DNA from: the human T2T-CHM13v2.0 reference genome, Homo sapiens
Assembly: GCF_009914755.1 (NCBI RefSeq)
Contig: NC_060929.1
Length of the DNA stretch: 64,000 nucleotides
Reading direction: 5' to 3' (one strand)
The notes under the pieces are model-generated. The model ran no database searches, was not told the origin of the DNA, and saw only the letters and a list, made by a program, of their open reading frames with translations. This document shows, in pieces, positions 30,126 through 43,479 of this stretch (position 1 is its first letter; each line of letters starts with the position of its first letter). The position numbers were made by a program, and so were the translations under genes.

Positions 30126-31828
30126 TAATGAAATAAATCCTGTTTTAAAAAAGTAGACAGTTTTGTTCAGTTACTGCCTACTTTCTGAAATGGAGATGGT
30201 GGAGTGCTTCCAAGGTTGTGAGGATAAAAATAGCTTAGAGAATATAATAACTAAAATAGGTGTGTAAACATTGTTAGACTATTTTATTCTCATTAAAAAC
30301 ATGCCTTAAAAAAATTTGCTATTTTTTACGACTGGGCAAGTAGTGCAAACACATTATTATAATTCTCCTCTAGCTCCACTCAGAAGTCAGGACTGCAGGG
30401 CTTCGGTGCAGGACTGCACAGCTCCACATGCACTTGCCAAACGCAACAACCTCTTTCAGCGTCACTAAAATATATCAATAGGAGGATTGAGTTTAGACCC
30501 AACCTGTGTTTTCTCCCCTGGAAAACAAAGGTTTTCATGTAACAAAGAAGGTCTTTACCGCCCTCATCTGAAACGCTGAGGCATCTCTGATGTCTGCTGT
30601 AAGTGCCGCCAGGCTCTCTGAAATCTCGCAATGGGAAAATGGACTGCAGATTCTGCTTTTAGAAAGGCGGGAATCAGAACTCATGTCGAAATGCCATGTC
30701 CTCATTCATACACATCTTCTTTTACAAATCCAACATGTTTAGTTACTTTGGGATTAACATGGGCCTATTTTAAAGTGCATTTATTAATGTAGCATGGGTT
30801 GTCCAAATGCATTCTGGATCCTGAGCCGACATCCAGCAATGCTGAGTGTGCGCCTGTGTGAGTCACCAGCACTGATGAGCCTCAGGTTATTGTGTTCGTA
30901 AAATGAAGGGGCTTAGGCTTGCTCCGATTTTTTAAAAACGATTTTTAATAGCAAACGCTTTTTTTCTTGCTACATAAAAATGCACAAGAAAAACTCAAAC
31001 ATTACCAATGATAAATTATAATTTCATTAATATAAATATTTTTGTGAACTCAATTTATATGACTTAGTTATTATAAAAGAAATAAGCAATATGAGGTGGC
31101 CATTACCATCCTTTCCTGTTTTATTTTGTTCATATGCTATTGATAAATCTTGATGTACACAGAAAAGTAGTTTTAAAGAATACTTTTAAAAAAACTTGAC
31201 TTTAATTTCAAGAGACTTTTAAAAAATTCCTGCAATTGCTTTTTAAACATTCTAGAACAGTTTTCTGTATCTTAAAGCTAAATAACTAGAAAGAGCTCAC
31301 TCTTCTCACATTCTGTATTATAAATATGTAAATCAGAAAAGGAACAGACAAAATCATAAAAACACATGCATGAACAAATGGGCCTTGGTTTACATTGAAT
31401 TGGATCTAGAATGCACATAGGTTATAGTAGTATTTTTGTGTGTAATTTTACATGAGTGGACTGCTGTCAAAATAAAAATTGTCTACAAGCTCTATTCAGT
31501 GGTATATTTGCACAAATGGTAAACATATACATAGAGATCATGGGAGAAATTTATTTCATGGCTTACAAGAAGACAGGTTAAGTTGGGACATTTAATTGTT
31601 TCATTAATGCTACATTTTATAATGCACTTGTATGGGCATGGTATTTAAATGTATTATCACAACTTTTAAATGCTCATTGTTACAGATGGAATTATTAGAG
31701 AAAGTACTAACTTATATCTTCTTTGTGTGTGCTTTGGAAGCACCAGGAAATAATAAAGCAGCCCTTTTCCCTTTTCCCATCTATTTCCTGAAGACCAAGC
31801 TGTGTTTTTGCAGATTAGGCCTTTCTGT

Positions 31829-31829
<1 letters not shown>

Positions 31830-31883
<54 letters not shown>

Positions 31884-31927
31884 TGCATGCACACTCACGC
31901 ACGCACGCATGCACACACACACACACG
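31830..31927. repeat. (CA)n microsatellite with degenerate CACG/CATG tail
   Basis: About 25 perfect CA units followed by gcatgcatgcacactcacgcacgc... Confidence 0.97.
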
Positions 31928-33475
31928 CAATATAGCCTTTAGGAGTTTAAAGGAGGGAAAGAGAATATGCCTGGATAACTCTCACCTAGGTATTTTCTGG
32001 GGAGATCTAGAATCATCTAAGGGGGTAAGCTGGACTAGCCAATGGGAAATCAAAACGAAGATACTGAAGAGATGTTCCCAGAAGAGGAGCATTCCTAATG
32101 GGCTAGGCCCTAGTCACATGCAATTCCCCAGATGTGGTTGGTGTGGCCAAGGTTCCAGCATTTGACAGCTGCCTTCTTGGCACTTCGTGTGCTGTGAGGA
32201 GCATCCCTCCCCAGTGCCAGGGGCAGTGGTCCTCTCACCCCCTTCAGAGTAAAGGGCCAGCAATTGGCAGTCACAAGAAAAGTAGTAAGATAGGAAGGTG
32301 AGGAGCATGAAGTCCCACCATACCAGCCTCCTGTGTCTGGCACAGAATATGATGAGGAACCTCTGTGAACTGGAATCTTCCATATCTTGATACATGGGAA
32401 TTTCTGCTAGATATAATTTGACTTATAAAAAGAAAGAAATATGACCTTCTTGCATCTAAATATTGTAGAAGAGTTAATGACTGTAACATGGATGTTTTAC
32501 ATTCTGAGATGCTATTAAATCAATACCTGTCACAAAAGTATTCATAATTTTTTAGAAGAACAGAAGCAATCTCATCATATTAAATGCAGTGGATCAATTG
32601 TAAGATACATGCTAACGCCACAAAAAGTAAAGCATGGGAAAAAACATCTGTCTTAGAATGGAAAAATACAGTAGTTAAACTATTTTTAACTAGAATTTAA
32701 ATGCAACATTTTAGGATATGAAACCCTCAACTCATTTTGAAAACTACTGGCTCAGATGAAACCTCTAAAAGATCATGAAACTAATCAGATAATTTTCTGT
32801 GCCTTTGCCTGAGAGTCTATCTGAAAGTGGTGCAATTTTTACAGAAGAGGAATAACGTGTCCCGAACTGGGAACCCTTCACGGGCCACCATTCTGGGTGG
32901 CGCTTCAGTGTAGAGTTTTGGTCAGCAGAGGGCTCCAGGGGACTGCTGGGGAAGGCCAGGACATGGAAGAGGGCCTAGAGCCAGGATTACCTGGGAGAGG
33001 GTGGACCAATTTTGTCAAGCGCCTGAGGACCATGCCATACAGGATTCTCTCAAAACCACTCACACACTAGGTGGGAATAAATGATAAGAGAAATTAATGT
33101 GTGCTTAGCATGTGAGAGCCGACACTCATTCTCTCTCAAAGACAAAAAGTGATTTGATGGCCTCGACTCCACGAGAAGGAGCATCATCTGTGGTCCTTCC
33201 TGGGGGTGAGGGGCGGAGAAGTGAGGCAGGCGTCAGAAAACAGGAGGGTCGATTAAAATCTGTACATTGACAGTCAACCCTCATTATCCTCCCTCACCGA
33301 TGCCTGCACCCCACCCCTCGGGTAACCAGTGAGTAGAACACCAACAACCAACAAGCAAGCACCTGCCTTCCAGAGAGGAGAGGAGAAGGTTTTCTCCAGA
33401 GAAAGGAAACCATCCAGACCAAAGGCATCACTTACTAACATGCGGAAACCCCATCAACTCCCCGAAGTAAAACCT

Positions 33476-34684
33476 CTAGATGAGCCTTTCACTAATGATA
33501 ACACAGACTCATTCTCCTTCTTCATGTGCCACTATTAAATGTGAACAGTGAAGAATCACCTCCAGACGAGCCTTTCACTAATGATAACACAGACTCATTC
33601 TCCTTCTTCATGTGTCACTATTAAATGTGAACGGTGAAGAATCACCATCTAGATGAGCCTTTCACTAATGATAACACAGACTCATTCTCCTTCTTCATGT
33701 GTCACTATTAAATGTGAACGGTGAAGAATCACCATCTAGATGAGCCTTTCACTAATGATAACACAGACTCATTCTCCTTCTTCATGTGTCACTATTAAAT
33801 GTGAACAGTGAAGAATCACCTCCAGACGAGCCTTTCACTAATGATAACACAGACTCATTCTCCTTCTTCATGTGTCACTATTAAATGTGAACAGTGAAGA
33901 ATCACCTCCAGACGAGCCTTTCACTAATGATAACACAGACTCATTCTCCTTCTTCATGTGTCACTATTAAATGTGAACGGTGAAGAATCACCATCTAGAT
34001 GAGCCTTTCACTAATGATAACACAGACTCATTCTCCTTCTTCATGTGTCACTATTAAATGTGAACAGTGAAGAATCACCTCCAGACGAGCCTTTCACTAA
34101 TGATAACACAGACTCATTCTCCTTCTTCATGTGTCACTATTAAATGTGAACAGTGAAGAATCACCTCCAGACGAGCCTTTCACTAATGATAACACAGACT
34201 CATTCTCCTTCTTCATGTGTCACTATTAAATGTGAATGGTGAAGAATCACCATCTAGATGAGCCTTTCACTAATGATAACACAGACTCATTCTCCTTCTT
34301 CATGTGTCACTATTAAATGTGAACAGTGAAGAATCACCATCTAGATGAGCCTTTCACTAATGATAACACACTCATTCTCCTTCTTCATGTGTCACTATTA
34401 AATGTGAACGGTGAAGAATCACCTCCAGACGAGCCTTTCACTAATGATAACACAGACTCATTCTCCTTCTTCATGTGTCACTATTAAATGTGAACGGTGA
34501 AGAATCACCATCTAGACGACCCTTTCACTAATGATAACACAGACTCATTCTCCTTCTTCATGTGTCACTATTAAATGTGAACAGTGAAGAATCACCATCT
34601 AGACGACCCTTTCACTAATGATAACACAGACTCATTCTCCTTCTTCATGTGTCACTATTAAATGTGAACAACGAAGAATCACCA
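33476..34684. repeat. 86/87-bp AT-rich VNTR, 14 copies
   Basis: Unit gagcctttcactaatgataacacagactcattctccttcttcatgtgtcactattaaatgtgaac(a/g)gtgaagaatcacc[tccagac|atctagat]; starts at 33482, 33568, 33655, 33742, 33828, 33914, 34001, 34087, 34173, 34260, 34347, 34431, 34518, 34605. Confidence 0.97.
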
Positions 34685-34857
34685 GACATTGAAGGGAAAC
34701 CAATCTTAATGGGAAAAAACACCAAGGTAAACTGGCAGGCGGAATGATTGTTAAGAACCTAACATCGTAGCAAAATAAGAAATAAGAGTTTTATATCATC
34801 ATTCACTTAGTGGCACTGTCTGGCGTTTCAGTACACAACTTGGATGTACTTTTGGGT

Positions 34858-35186
<329 letters not shown>

Positions 35187-35378
35187 TAGATCAAACATCA
35201 GCAATATATTAAAATATCAGCAATTTCACATGATCAAGATTATTTTTAAAAAATAAAAAGAGAACAGAATTGATTCAATTTCTAGGCCAGCAACCAAGGA
35301 AAAAGCAAAGAATGAAAGATTTTATAATCGCATCATAATAGCAAGATCTTATATTTCTATTGAGCTTTAAAGATTACA

Positions 35379-35685
<307 letters not shown>

Positions 35686-37529
35686 TTACAAAACACAACA
35701 ATATACATTGTCTTGTTTGATCTTTAAACAATCCTATAATTGTAATTAATATATCTAAAAATTGTAACTCTTGAGAAATCCAGGATGACATAAATAAGGC
35801 CTAAACACAGCTTTAATTTGCCAAGTAATGGGAAGAGAAGGGATCGGAAGCCCGGCTGACTGACCCCACAACCTCTACTTCCAGTACTTAAAAGAAGTCA
35901 GCCAGGACGAAACCTTGGGAAGGACCTGAGATAAAGGCAGTGGGAAAAGAGCAGAGTCAAGGATGATCTATGAACAGGTAAAAAAAGGAATGCCTTAAAT
36001 ACAAAAACATATGTCCACAGAGCTGGGAGTTGTACGAAGCCGTGTAATTAGAGAACATCATGTTGACAGCAGACTCTTGACCTAGGGGGAAAATGTTCAT
36101 GACACTGACTCCCAGAAGGATAAACCTCAAGGATTCCAGATATGAGGCAGTCAAACCCTCAATTGGAAGCACTGTACAAATGTTCATGGCAAGAACTGAA
36201 ATGAATTTATACCCACATAAAACTACATGTAGGGAAATGCTGACTTTGTAAGATGTTTCTGGACACTACATTAGCAGCTGTGCCACACACACACAACACA
36301 AACTCAGGCAAGCCTGTCACCTGCACAGCTGGAGGGTTAGCTTGGACAGGGCGATTACAGTCTCCCCCAAAACCCTTCCTTCTCGTCCATGCCTGAATCC
36401 TATTCACATGCTACAAGGACCACATGCTTGTGGAATCCAACTCAGCTCACTTTAGAACCAAAGGATGCCTCTGTGACACATGCAGAAATGACTTCCTTTT
36501 CATTTTCATTCAGTCTGTAGGAAGAGAACAGCTGCAAGAGAGAGAAAGAAAATGTACACACTGGCTAGGTGGAGACGGCACCTGAAGAGTGACTTTCATG
36601 TTTAGCCCCAACGGTTTATAAACATTCATGTGGAGATTAAAGATATTCCCCAAAACCAGAAAACACAACTGAGTCAGCTTCTGTTAGTAAGCATCGCGCT
36701 GCAACCCGGAGGCCAGATGTCCTTGGAAAAGATCAGAGACATAAAACATCACCGCCTCTGTTTATGCAGCTTACTGAAGTTTACACGGAATCCTCATGCC
36801 TTCCCTGCGTTTAAGCCTTCTATGCAAATGATAGAGACTCTAAGTAGAGAAGGAGCAGCAGATTCTTGTCCAGTTCCGTGAGTCAACACCTGCATTGTCT
36901 CACTCCCCATGTTGACGGCTGTAGAGGACTTTCCATTCTCTGCCCCTACTGCCTCCAAAAACATTGGTTTTACATTGCCATAGCTAACATTAATACCTCC
37001 TAGAATAAAGGGGGAATCACCACCGAGTGTCAGTTCTGGTTCAGATGCTGGAGTGAGGGTGTTATTCTTCTTACATATAATGCAGTAACTCCACATTGCA
37101 CCAGTGGTTTGGTCAAAAGAGACTAAATTTCTAGGGAATTAGTGTTGATTATTTTTAGATATCATAACCTTGGCTTTACTGACACCTTATATTAAACAGA
37201 TCTTACTTGCCAAATGCCACAAGATGCAGGCTGACAGATGGGCTCCCAGGGCTCTTGTGAGCCAGAACTGTCATATATGCAAAACGACGAGACAGAGAAC
37301 ACTGCCCACATCCAACACAGCACAGCCACCCTGAAAGCCTCAGCATGTAAACTTTCGTGGCACCACCCTTTCTTTTAGAAATGTGTTTAGATTTTATAGA
37401 CTTTTGCTAGATTTTGTTATATAAGCTTTATGTACTGAAAGGTCTTAAAGATTTTTAAATATTGAGTAAAATGTTCACCAGTATATTTTATATATATATA
37501 TAATTTTTTTTCTTTAAAAACAAGGCCCT

Positions 37530-37835
<306 letters not shown>

Positions 37836-38162
37836 TTATACAAATCACCCTTCAAACTTTTATTTAGAATTTAAGGTCATTTGGGGCTGTCATGTAAACA
37901 AAATTCTCCCAATTGCTAGGGTCCTCTTGGGGTGCTGCATTCCTGCAAGCCATGATCATGCCAGGCTTTGTCAGTGATTGGAAAAACAGATCCTTCTCCA
38001 TCTGGGAGCTCAAATGCCTAGGGTGATGCCAGATCAACTTTTCATTACTGAGTCATACATTCCTAAATTCAGCGTATCACAGACAAACAGACATACCTTT
38101 AACAGTTTAACCTGACAAAGGTCTGAAATATTTCCATTGCAATAAAAGTTGTGAAAAGGCTA

Positions 38163-38516
<354 letters not shown>

Positions 38517-38825
38517 TTAGGAACAGAATTTCTTTCAGGGAGGAATAGGGCTCTGAGTGTACAGAGCAGCAGTGGAAAGAATCACACAAACCCCTTTTTC
38601 CATGCACTAGATCTCGGGGTATAACTTTTATGAACTTTAATTTCCTTCTAGTTAAATAAAAATAACAATATCTACTTGATGTGTTGCCTTGTACGTTGTG
38701 TATGAAGAGCCTAGAATGACGATCGACCCAAAAATGGAGTCAGTACTTTGATCCATTCACTCTTGGGTGCTGGGCTCCTCAGGGCATAGGCAGGAGGCAC
38801 AGCTGAAAAGCCACCTGTGGGTCCA

Positions 38826-39275
38826 CAGGTGCTGCTGGGGAGCAGAGTGAAGGAGGAAATAGGACAGGTGTTAAGGAGAACACAGGTGCAGCTGGAGAGC
38901 AGAGTGCAGGAGGGAATAGGCCAGGTGCTAAGGAACATGCAGGTGCAGCTGGAGAGCAGAATGAAGGCGGGAACTAGAACAGGTGTTAAGAAACATGCAG
39001 GTGTGGCTGGAGAGCAGGGTGCAGGAGGGAACTGGGACAGGTGCTAGGGAGAACACAGGGCAGCTGAGGGACAGAGTGAAGGAGGGAATAGGACAGGGGC
39101 TAAGGAGAACACAGGTGCAGCTGGAGAGCAGAGTCCAGGAGGGAATACAACAGGTGCTAATGAAAACACAAGGGAACCTGGGGCACAGAGTGAAGGAGGG
39201 AATAGGACAGGTGCTAAGCTTAAGGCAGGTGCAGCTAGAAAGCAGAGCGCACGAGGAAACTAGAAGAGATGATAG
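38826..39275. repeat. Degenerate ~57-bp purine-rich minisatellite, ~8 copies
   Basis: Consensus ~acaggtgcagctggagagcagagtg(a/c)aggagggaataggacaggtgctaaggagaac. Confidence 0.85.
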
Positions 39276-39464
39276 AGGAACACACTGAGATAGGTCCTGA
39301 GGGCTCCACTGAACCATACTTACCACTGCATTTCAGAGTTATTTCCTCTCATGCATCTATTTAAAAGGTGATCATTTGTGCACACTTTCTATCCTGCACT
39401 GCAGCTATTTTAAGTATTCCTTAAAATATTTTAAGTATTCCTTAAAATATTTTAAGTATTGTAA

Positions 39465-39921
39465 AATTCACAATTACAAAAATATGGAACCAGCCTAAAT
39501 GCCCATCAACCAATGAGTGGATAAATCAAATATTATATATATACACACACCATCAAACTCTACTCAGCCATAAAAGGTTAAAAAATAATGGCATTCACAG
39601 CAACCTGGAAGGAGTTGGAGACCATTATTCTAAGTGAAGTAACTCAGAAATGGAAAAACAAATACTGTATGTTCTCACTTATCAGTGGGACCTAAGCTAT
39701 GAGAATTCAAAGGCATAAGAATGACAAAATGGACTTTGGGGACTTAGGGGAAAGGTGAGAGGGAGGTGAGGGATAAAACACTACACATTGGGTACAGCGT
39801 ACACTGCTTGGGTTATGGGTGAATCAAAATCTCAGAAACCATCACTAAAGAACTTACACATGTAACCGAAAACCACCTGTTCCCCAAAACTATTGAAATA
39901 AAATAAAATAAAATAAAAATA
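39465..39921 (+). mobile_element. L1 3' end (L1PB/L1MA-like) with (AAAAT)n tail
   Basis: tggaaccagcctaaatgcccatcaaccaatgagtggataaa...ggagaccattattctaagtgaagtaactcag...ccacctgttccccaaaactattgaaataaaataaaat. Confidence 0.85.
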
Positions 39922-40095
39922 GCAGATATCTTATTCCTTTGGTAGTCCCCAGGGCCTACCTAGCTCAAGAATTTACTAAATGCTTGTAAAATATAAGAAT
40001 AAATGGAACTGGGTAAAAGCAGCTCGTACAGAGACGTCCAGCCATTTCAGAAGTGTGAAGGTTCAGAGCAGCCGGCCCTGAGCAGAACCTGGGGC

Positions 40096-40385
40096 ACAGC
40101 ACTTCCGGGTTAGGGTCAGGGTCAGGGTCAGGGTTAGGGTCAGGGTAAGGGTCAGGGTACAGCACTTCCGGGTTAGGGTCAGGGTTAGGGTCAGGGTACA
40201 GCACTTCCGGGTTAGGGTCAGGGTTAGGGTCAGGGTCAGGGTACAGCACTTCCGGGTTAGGGTCAGGGTCAGGGTCAGGGTTAGGGTCAGGGTCAGGGTC
40301 AGGGTACAGCACTTCCGGGTCAGGGTCAGGGTCAGGGTCAGGGTCAGGGTTAGGGTCAGGGTCAGGGTCAGGGTACAGCATTTCC
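40096..40385 (+). repeat. Composite interstitial telomere-variant minisatellite [ACAGCACTTCC(GGGTYA)nGGGT] x5 plus one degenerate spacer
   Basis: cagcacttccggg at 40097, 40160, 40199, 40244, 40307 and cagcatttcc at 40376; spacings 63, 39, 45, 63, 69 = 15+6n; filler is mainly TCAGGG and TTAGGG (one TAAGGG), G-strand on +. Confidence 0.95.
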
Positions 40386-40619
40386 AGCGCTGCCAGCGGC
40401 CTCCTTGCTTATGGTGCATGTTCTAACCCTCACAAACCACAAGCTTGTCTTTAAAAACATCAAGTTGAAATAAACCACATATTAATTGAGGTAAAATAAG
40501 TGGCCAGAGAACCCACATAATTTAGTTGCAGTAAACTTCTGCTGCATATTTAAAGGAAAATAAACGAAATAATAGTTTTCAAAACATAAAAATTATTCCA
40601 CTCTTTCTGAAAACACACT

Positions 40620-41270
40620 GCTAATCTAAGCCTAACCAAAAAGCTAACCCTAACCCTACCACTAACCCTAATGCTACCACTAGCCTCTAACCCTACTGCT
40701 AACTCTAACACCTAACCCTAATCCCAAACCCCTAAACCAAACCCTAGTCCTGAACCCTAACCCTAACCCCAACCCAAACCCCAATACCGACACTACACTA
40801 ATCATAACCCAACCCTAACTCTAACCGCAAAACCCTAACCCCTGACCCTAAACCCAACCCCAACCCAAAACCTAACTCTAACCCCTGAACCAAACCCTAA
40901 AACCCCACAAACCCCAAAAATATTCCAAACCGAACCTCACCCTAACCATAAATCCCAACCCTAACCCTAACCCTAAAATCTATCCCCTAACCCCAACTTT
41001 AACCCTAACCCTAATCCATAAACCTAACCCTTAACCCCGACCCCGCCCAAACCACAACCCCAGCCCCAAGCCTAGCGCCAGCCATCACCCTAACCCCTAA
41101 CCCGAACCCCTACCCTAACCCCTTCCCTAACTCTAACTTTAACCCTAACCCCATACCCCTACCCCTAAACCCTAACCCCAATTCCAACCCCAACCCTAAC
41201 TGTAACCCTAACACTTACCCGTGACCCTAACTTCAACCCTAACCCTGACTTTAACGCTAAGCTCAAACCC
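40620..41270 (-). repeat. Degenerate interstitial telomeric sequence, (CCCTAA)n-like
   Basis: ~650 bp of ccctaa/cccaaa/ctctaa/ccccaa hexamers, heavily diverged, same orientation as the terminal telomere. Confidence 0.93.
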
Positions 41271-42440
41271 TCACTCGCCCGGGTGCTCATTTCCACACCC
41301 ACTCCGGTGCCGGGTCTCGCCTCTATCCACCTTGTCCCTCGTCCGTGCCCCCGCTCACTCCGGCGCCCGGCTGCTGCCCCACCCGCTTCGGTGCTTGTGC
41401 CCTCACCTACCCTGGCGCCAGGACCGCCTCTGCTGACTGCGCGCTGAGACTCATGCTGTCTCCGGGTCCCCGGAACTCCGCGGAGTCCGGTTAACTCCAA
41501 CGCCTAATCCTAATTCCAAACCTGGGGATGCCCGGGGCCCGGCGTCTTCATCCCGCTGGGCACTGGGCCGGGGAAGCTGACCCGGCGACCTCAGCTGCCC
41601 GGTTCCCGGGGACCTGCCCGATCCAGGGCCCCCGCGGCGAGAGATGGGCGGTGGCGGCGCGGCGCTGCAGGACGCAGTCTCCCCCGGCCTCGCCCTCTCC
41701 GTCCCGGCGGGGCCGTAGTATCCCCGCGGAGGCTCGGAGGGGCCGGCCTGGGTGGGGCATCTCCCTGGTCTGCAGTTCTGGTTGTTTTTTTGTGGCTCCA
41801 TGGTAAGCACCCCACTGATCTTATATCTTCCCCCCTTTTCCTGAAAGTCTGTTTTTTCATCCTTCCTTCCTTTTCATCATCTCCCGTTTTCAAAACGGCT
41901 CTTAAACCATGCGCAATGCGTTAATGTTAAGTCGTCATTTCCATCTACTCAATGACAACGTTTTATCACGTGTTGTTCTGACTTCCATTTTTGTTGTGTA
42001 TTTGGTTCCTTGTTCTTTTTCTTTTCTTCCTGGGCTGGTTCCTCGTTCACTCTTTCTAGGTATGAGTGAACGGTTCCTTCCGGCTTGTCTAAATCTTCCA
42101 TCTTTCGGGGTGGGTGGTGCTGAGCGGGCTCCAGGTGTGCGCCCTGCTCCTGCGAGGCGTGTGAGCGCTTATCGCACCCATGGCCCCTGCGCGCCTCTGT
42201 CCTGCCGGGTTCCCGCAGAGGCGCCTGGTCCACACGCTGTTTCTCCCTCTTCGCCTCCTCTCTAGCCCAGACTCCGGAGCAGGTCCCGGCTGCGTCTCCC
42301 ACGTCTGGGTGTAGACCCGCGGTGTGGGCAGCCCTTCCTTTCGCTGCAGCCGAGTCTCCGCTATTACCGTTCAAGTTGTCCCTGGGTGGATTCTGAAAGG
42401 ACAAGGGGGAAACGGCCCGCTCTACTCCATGGCGGGTCAC
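41270..42440. promoter_or_regulatory. CpG island 1, directly centromeric to the ITS
   Basis: Dense CpG and high GC in 41270-41760 and 42100-42440; residual telomere-like hexamers at ~41490-41525. Confidence 0.75.
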
Positions 42441-42789
42441 TGACCTTCTGTTACATTTTATTTTACGTTGCCTTTGGCAGTTTTGAAACTGACCAATCCT
42501 TTTTGGAAATAAGAGAAGGTATAAAACCAAAAATGTTTTTTCAGTTCCTTTCTGAAAATGTGCTCGTTTTGGAGCCACTTGTGAGGACAAAGAGTTTGGA
42601 AAATTTAAGTGTCTCTACTTCTTCACTGTGTTTTGCTAACAAGAATGAAAAAAAAAGCATTAAAAATGGCCTTAATAAACGTCTTTCAACCTCAAACAGG
42701 ACTATGTTATCAGGTAAACTATGTTATTTTCAACAAATCTTAAGTTCCTACCGCAATGGAGAGACTTTAGGTCCGTAAAGAGCAGTTGA

Positions 42790-43069
42790 GGCCGGGCACG
42801 GTGGCTCACACCTGTAATCCCAGCACTTTGGGAGGCCGAGGTGGGCGGATCACCTGAGGTCAGGAATTCAAGACCAGCCCGACCAACATAGTGAAACCCC
42901 GTCTCTACTAAGAATACAAAAATTAGCTGGACTTGGTGGCACACGCCTGTAATCCCAGTTACTCAGGAGGCTGAGGCAGGAGCATCGCTTGAACCAGGAG
43001 GCACAGGTTGCAGTGAGTGGAGACGGCGCCACCGCACTCCAGCCTGGGCAACAGAATGAGACTCAGTCT

Positions 43070-43107
<38 letters not shown>
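42790..43107 (+). mobile_element. Full-length Alu (AluS-like) with 37-nt pure A tail
   Basis: Complete Alu; A run 43071-43107; gcagttga on both flanks. Confidence 0.95.
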
Positions 43108-43108
<1 letters not shown>

Positions 43109-43142
43109 CAGGCAGTTGAAACGCTTCCTCGGCAAGAAATAG

Positions 43143-43463
<321 letters not shown>

Positions 43464-43479
43464 TAAACACCAGGAAGCC

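Noticed and set aside
33476-34684. Regularly spaced repeats resembling a CRISPR array
   Set aside because: Units are contiguous with no unique spacers, there are no cas genes, and the context is a primate subtelomere; it is a VNTR.
39965-40419. ORFs encoding (PD/PN)n and (TL)n peptides
   Set aside because: Direct translations of the hexamer array with no evidence of expression.
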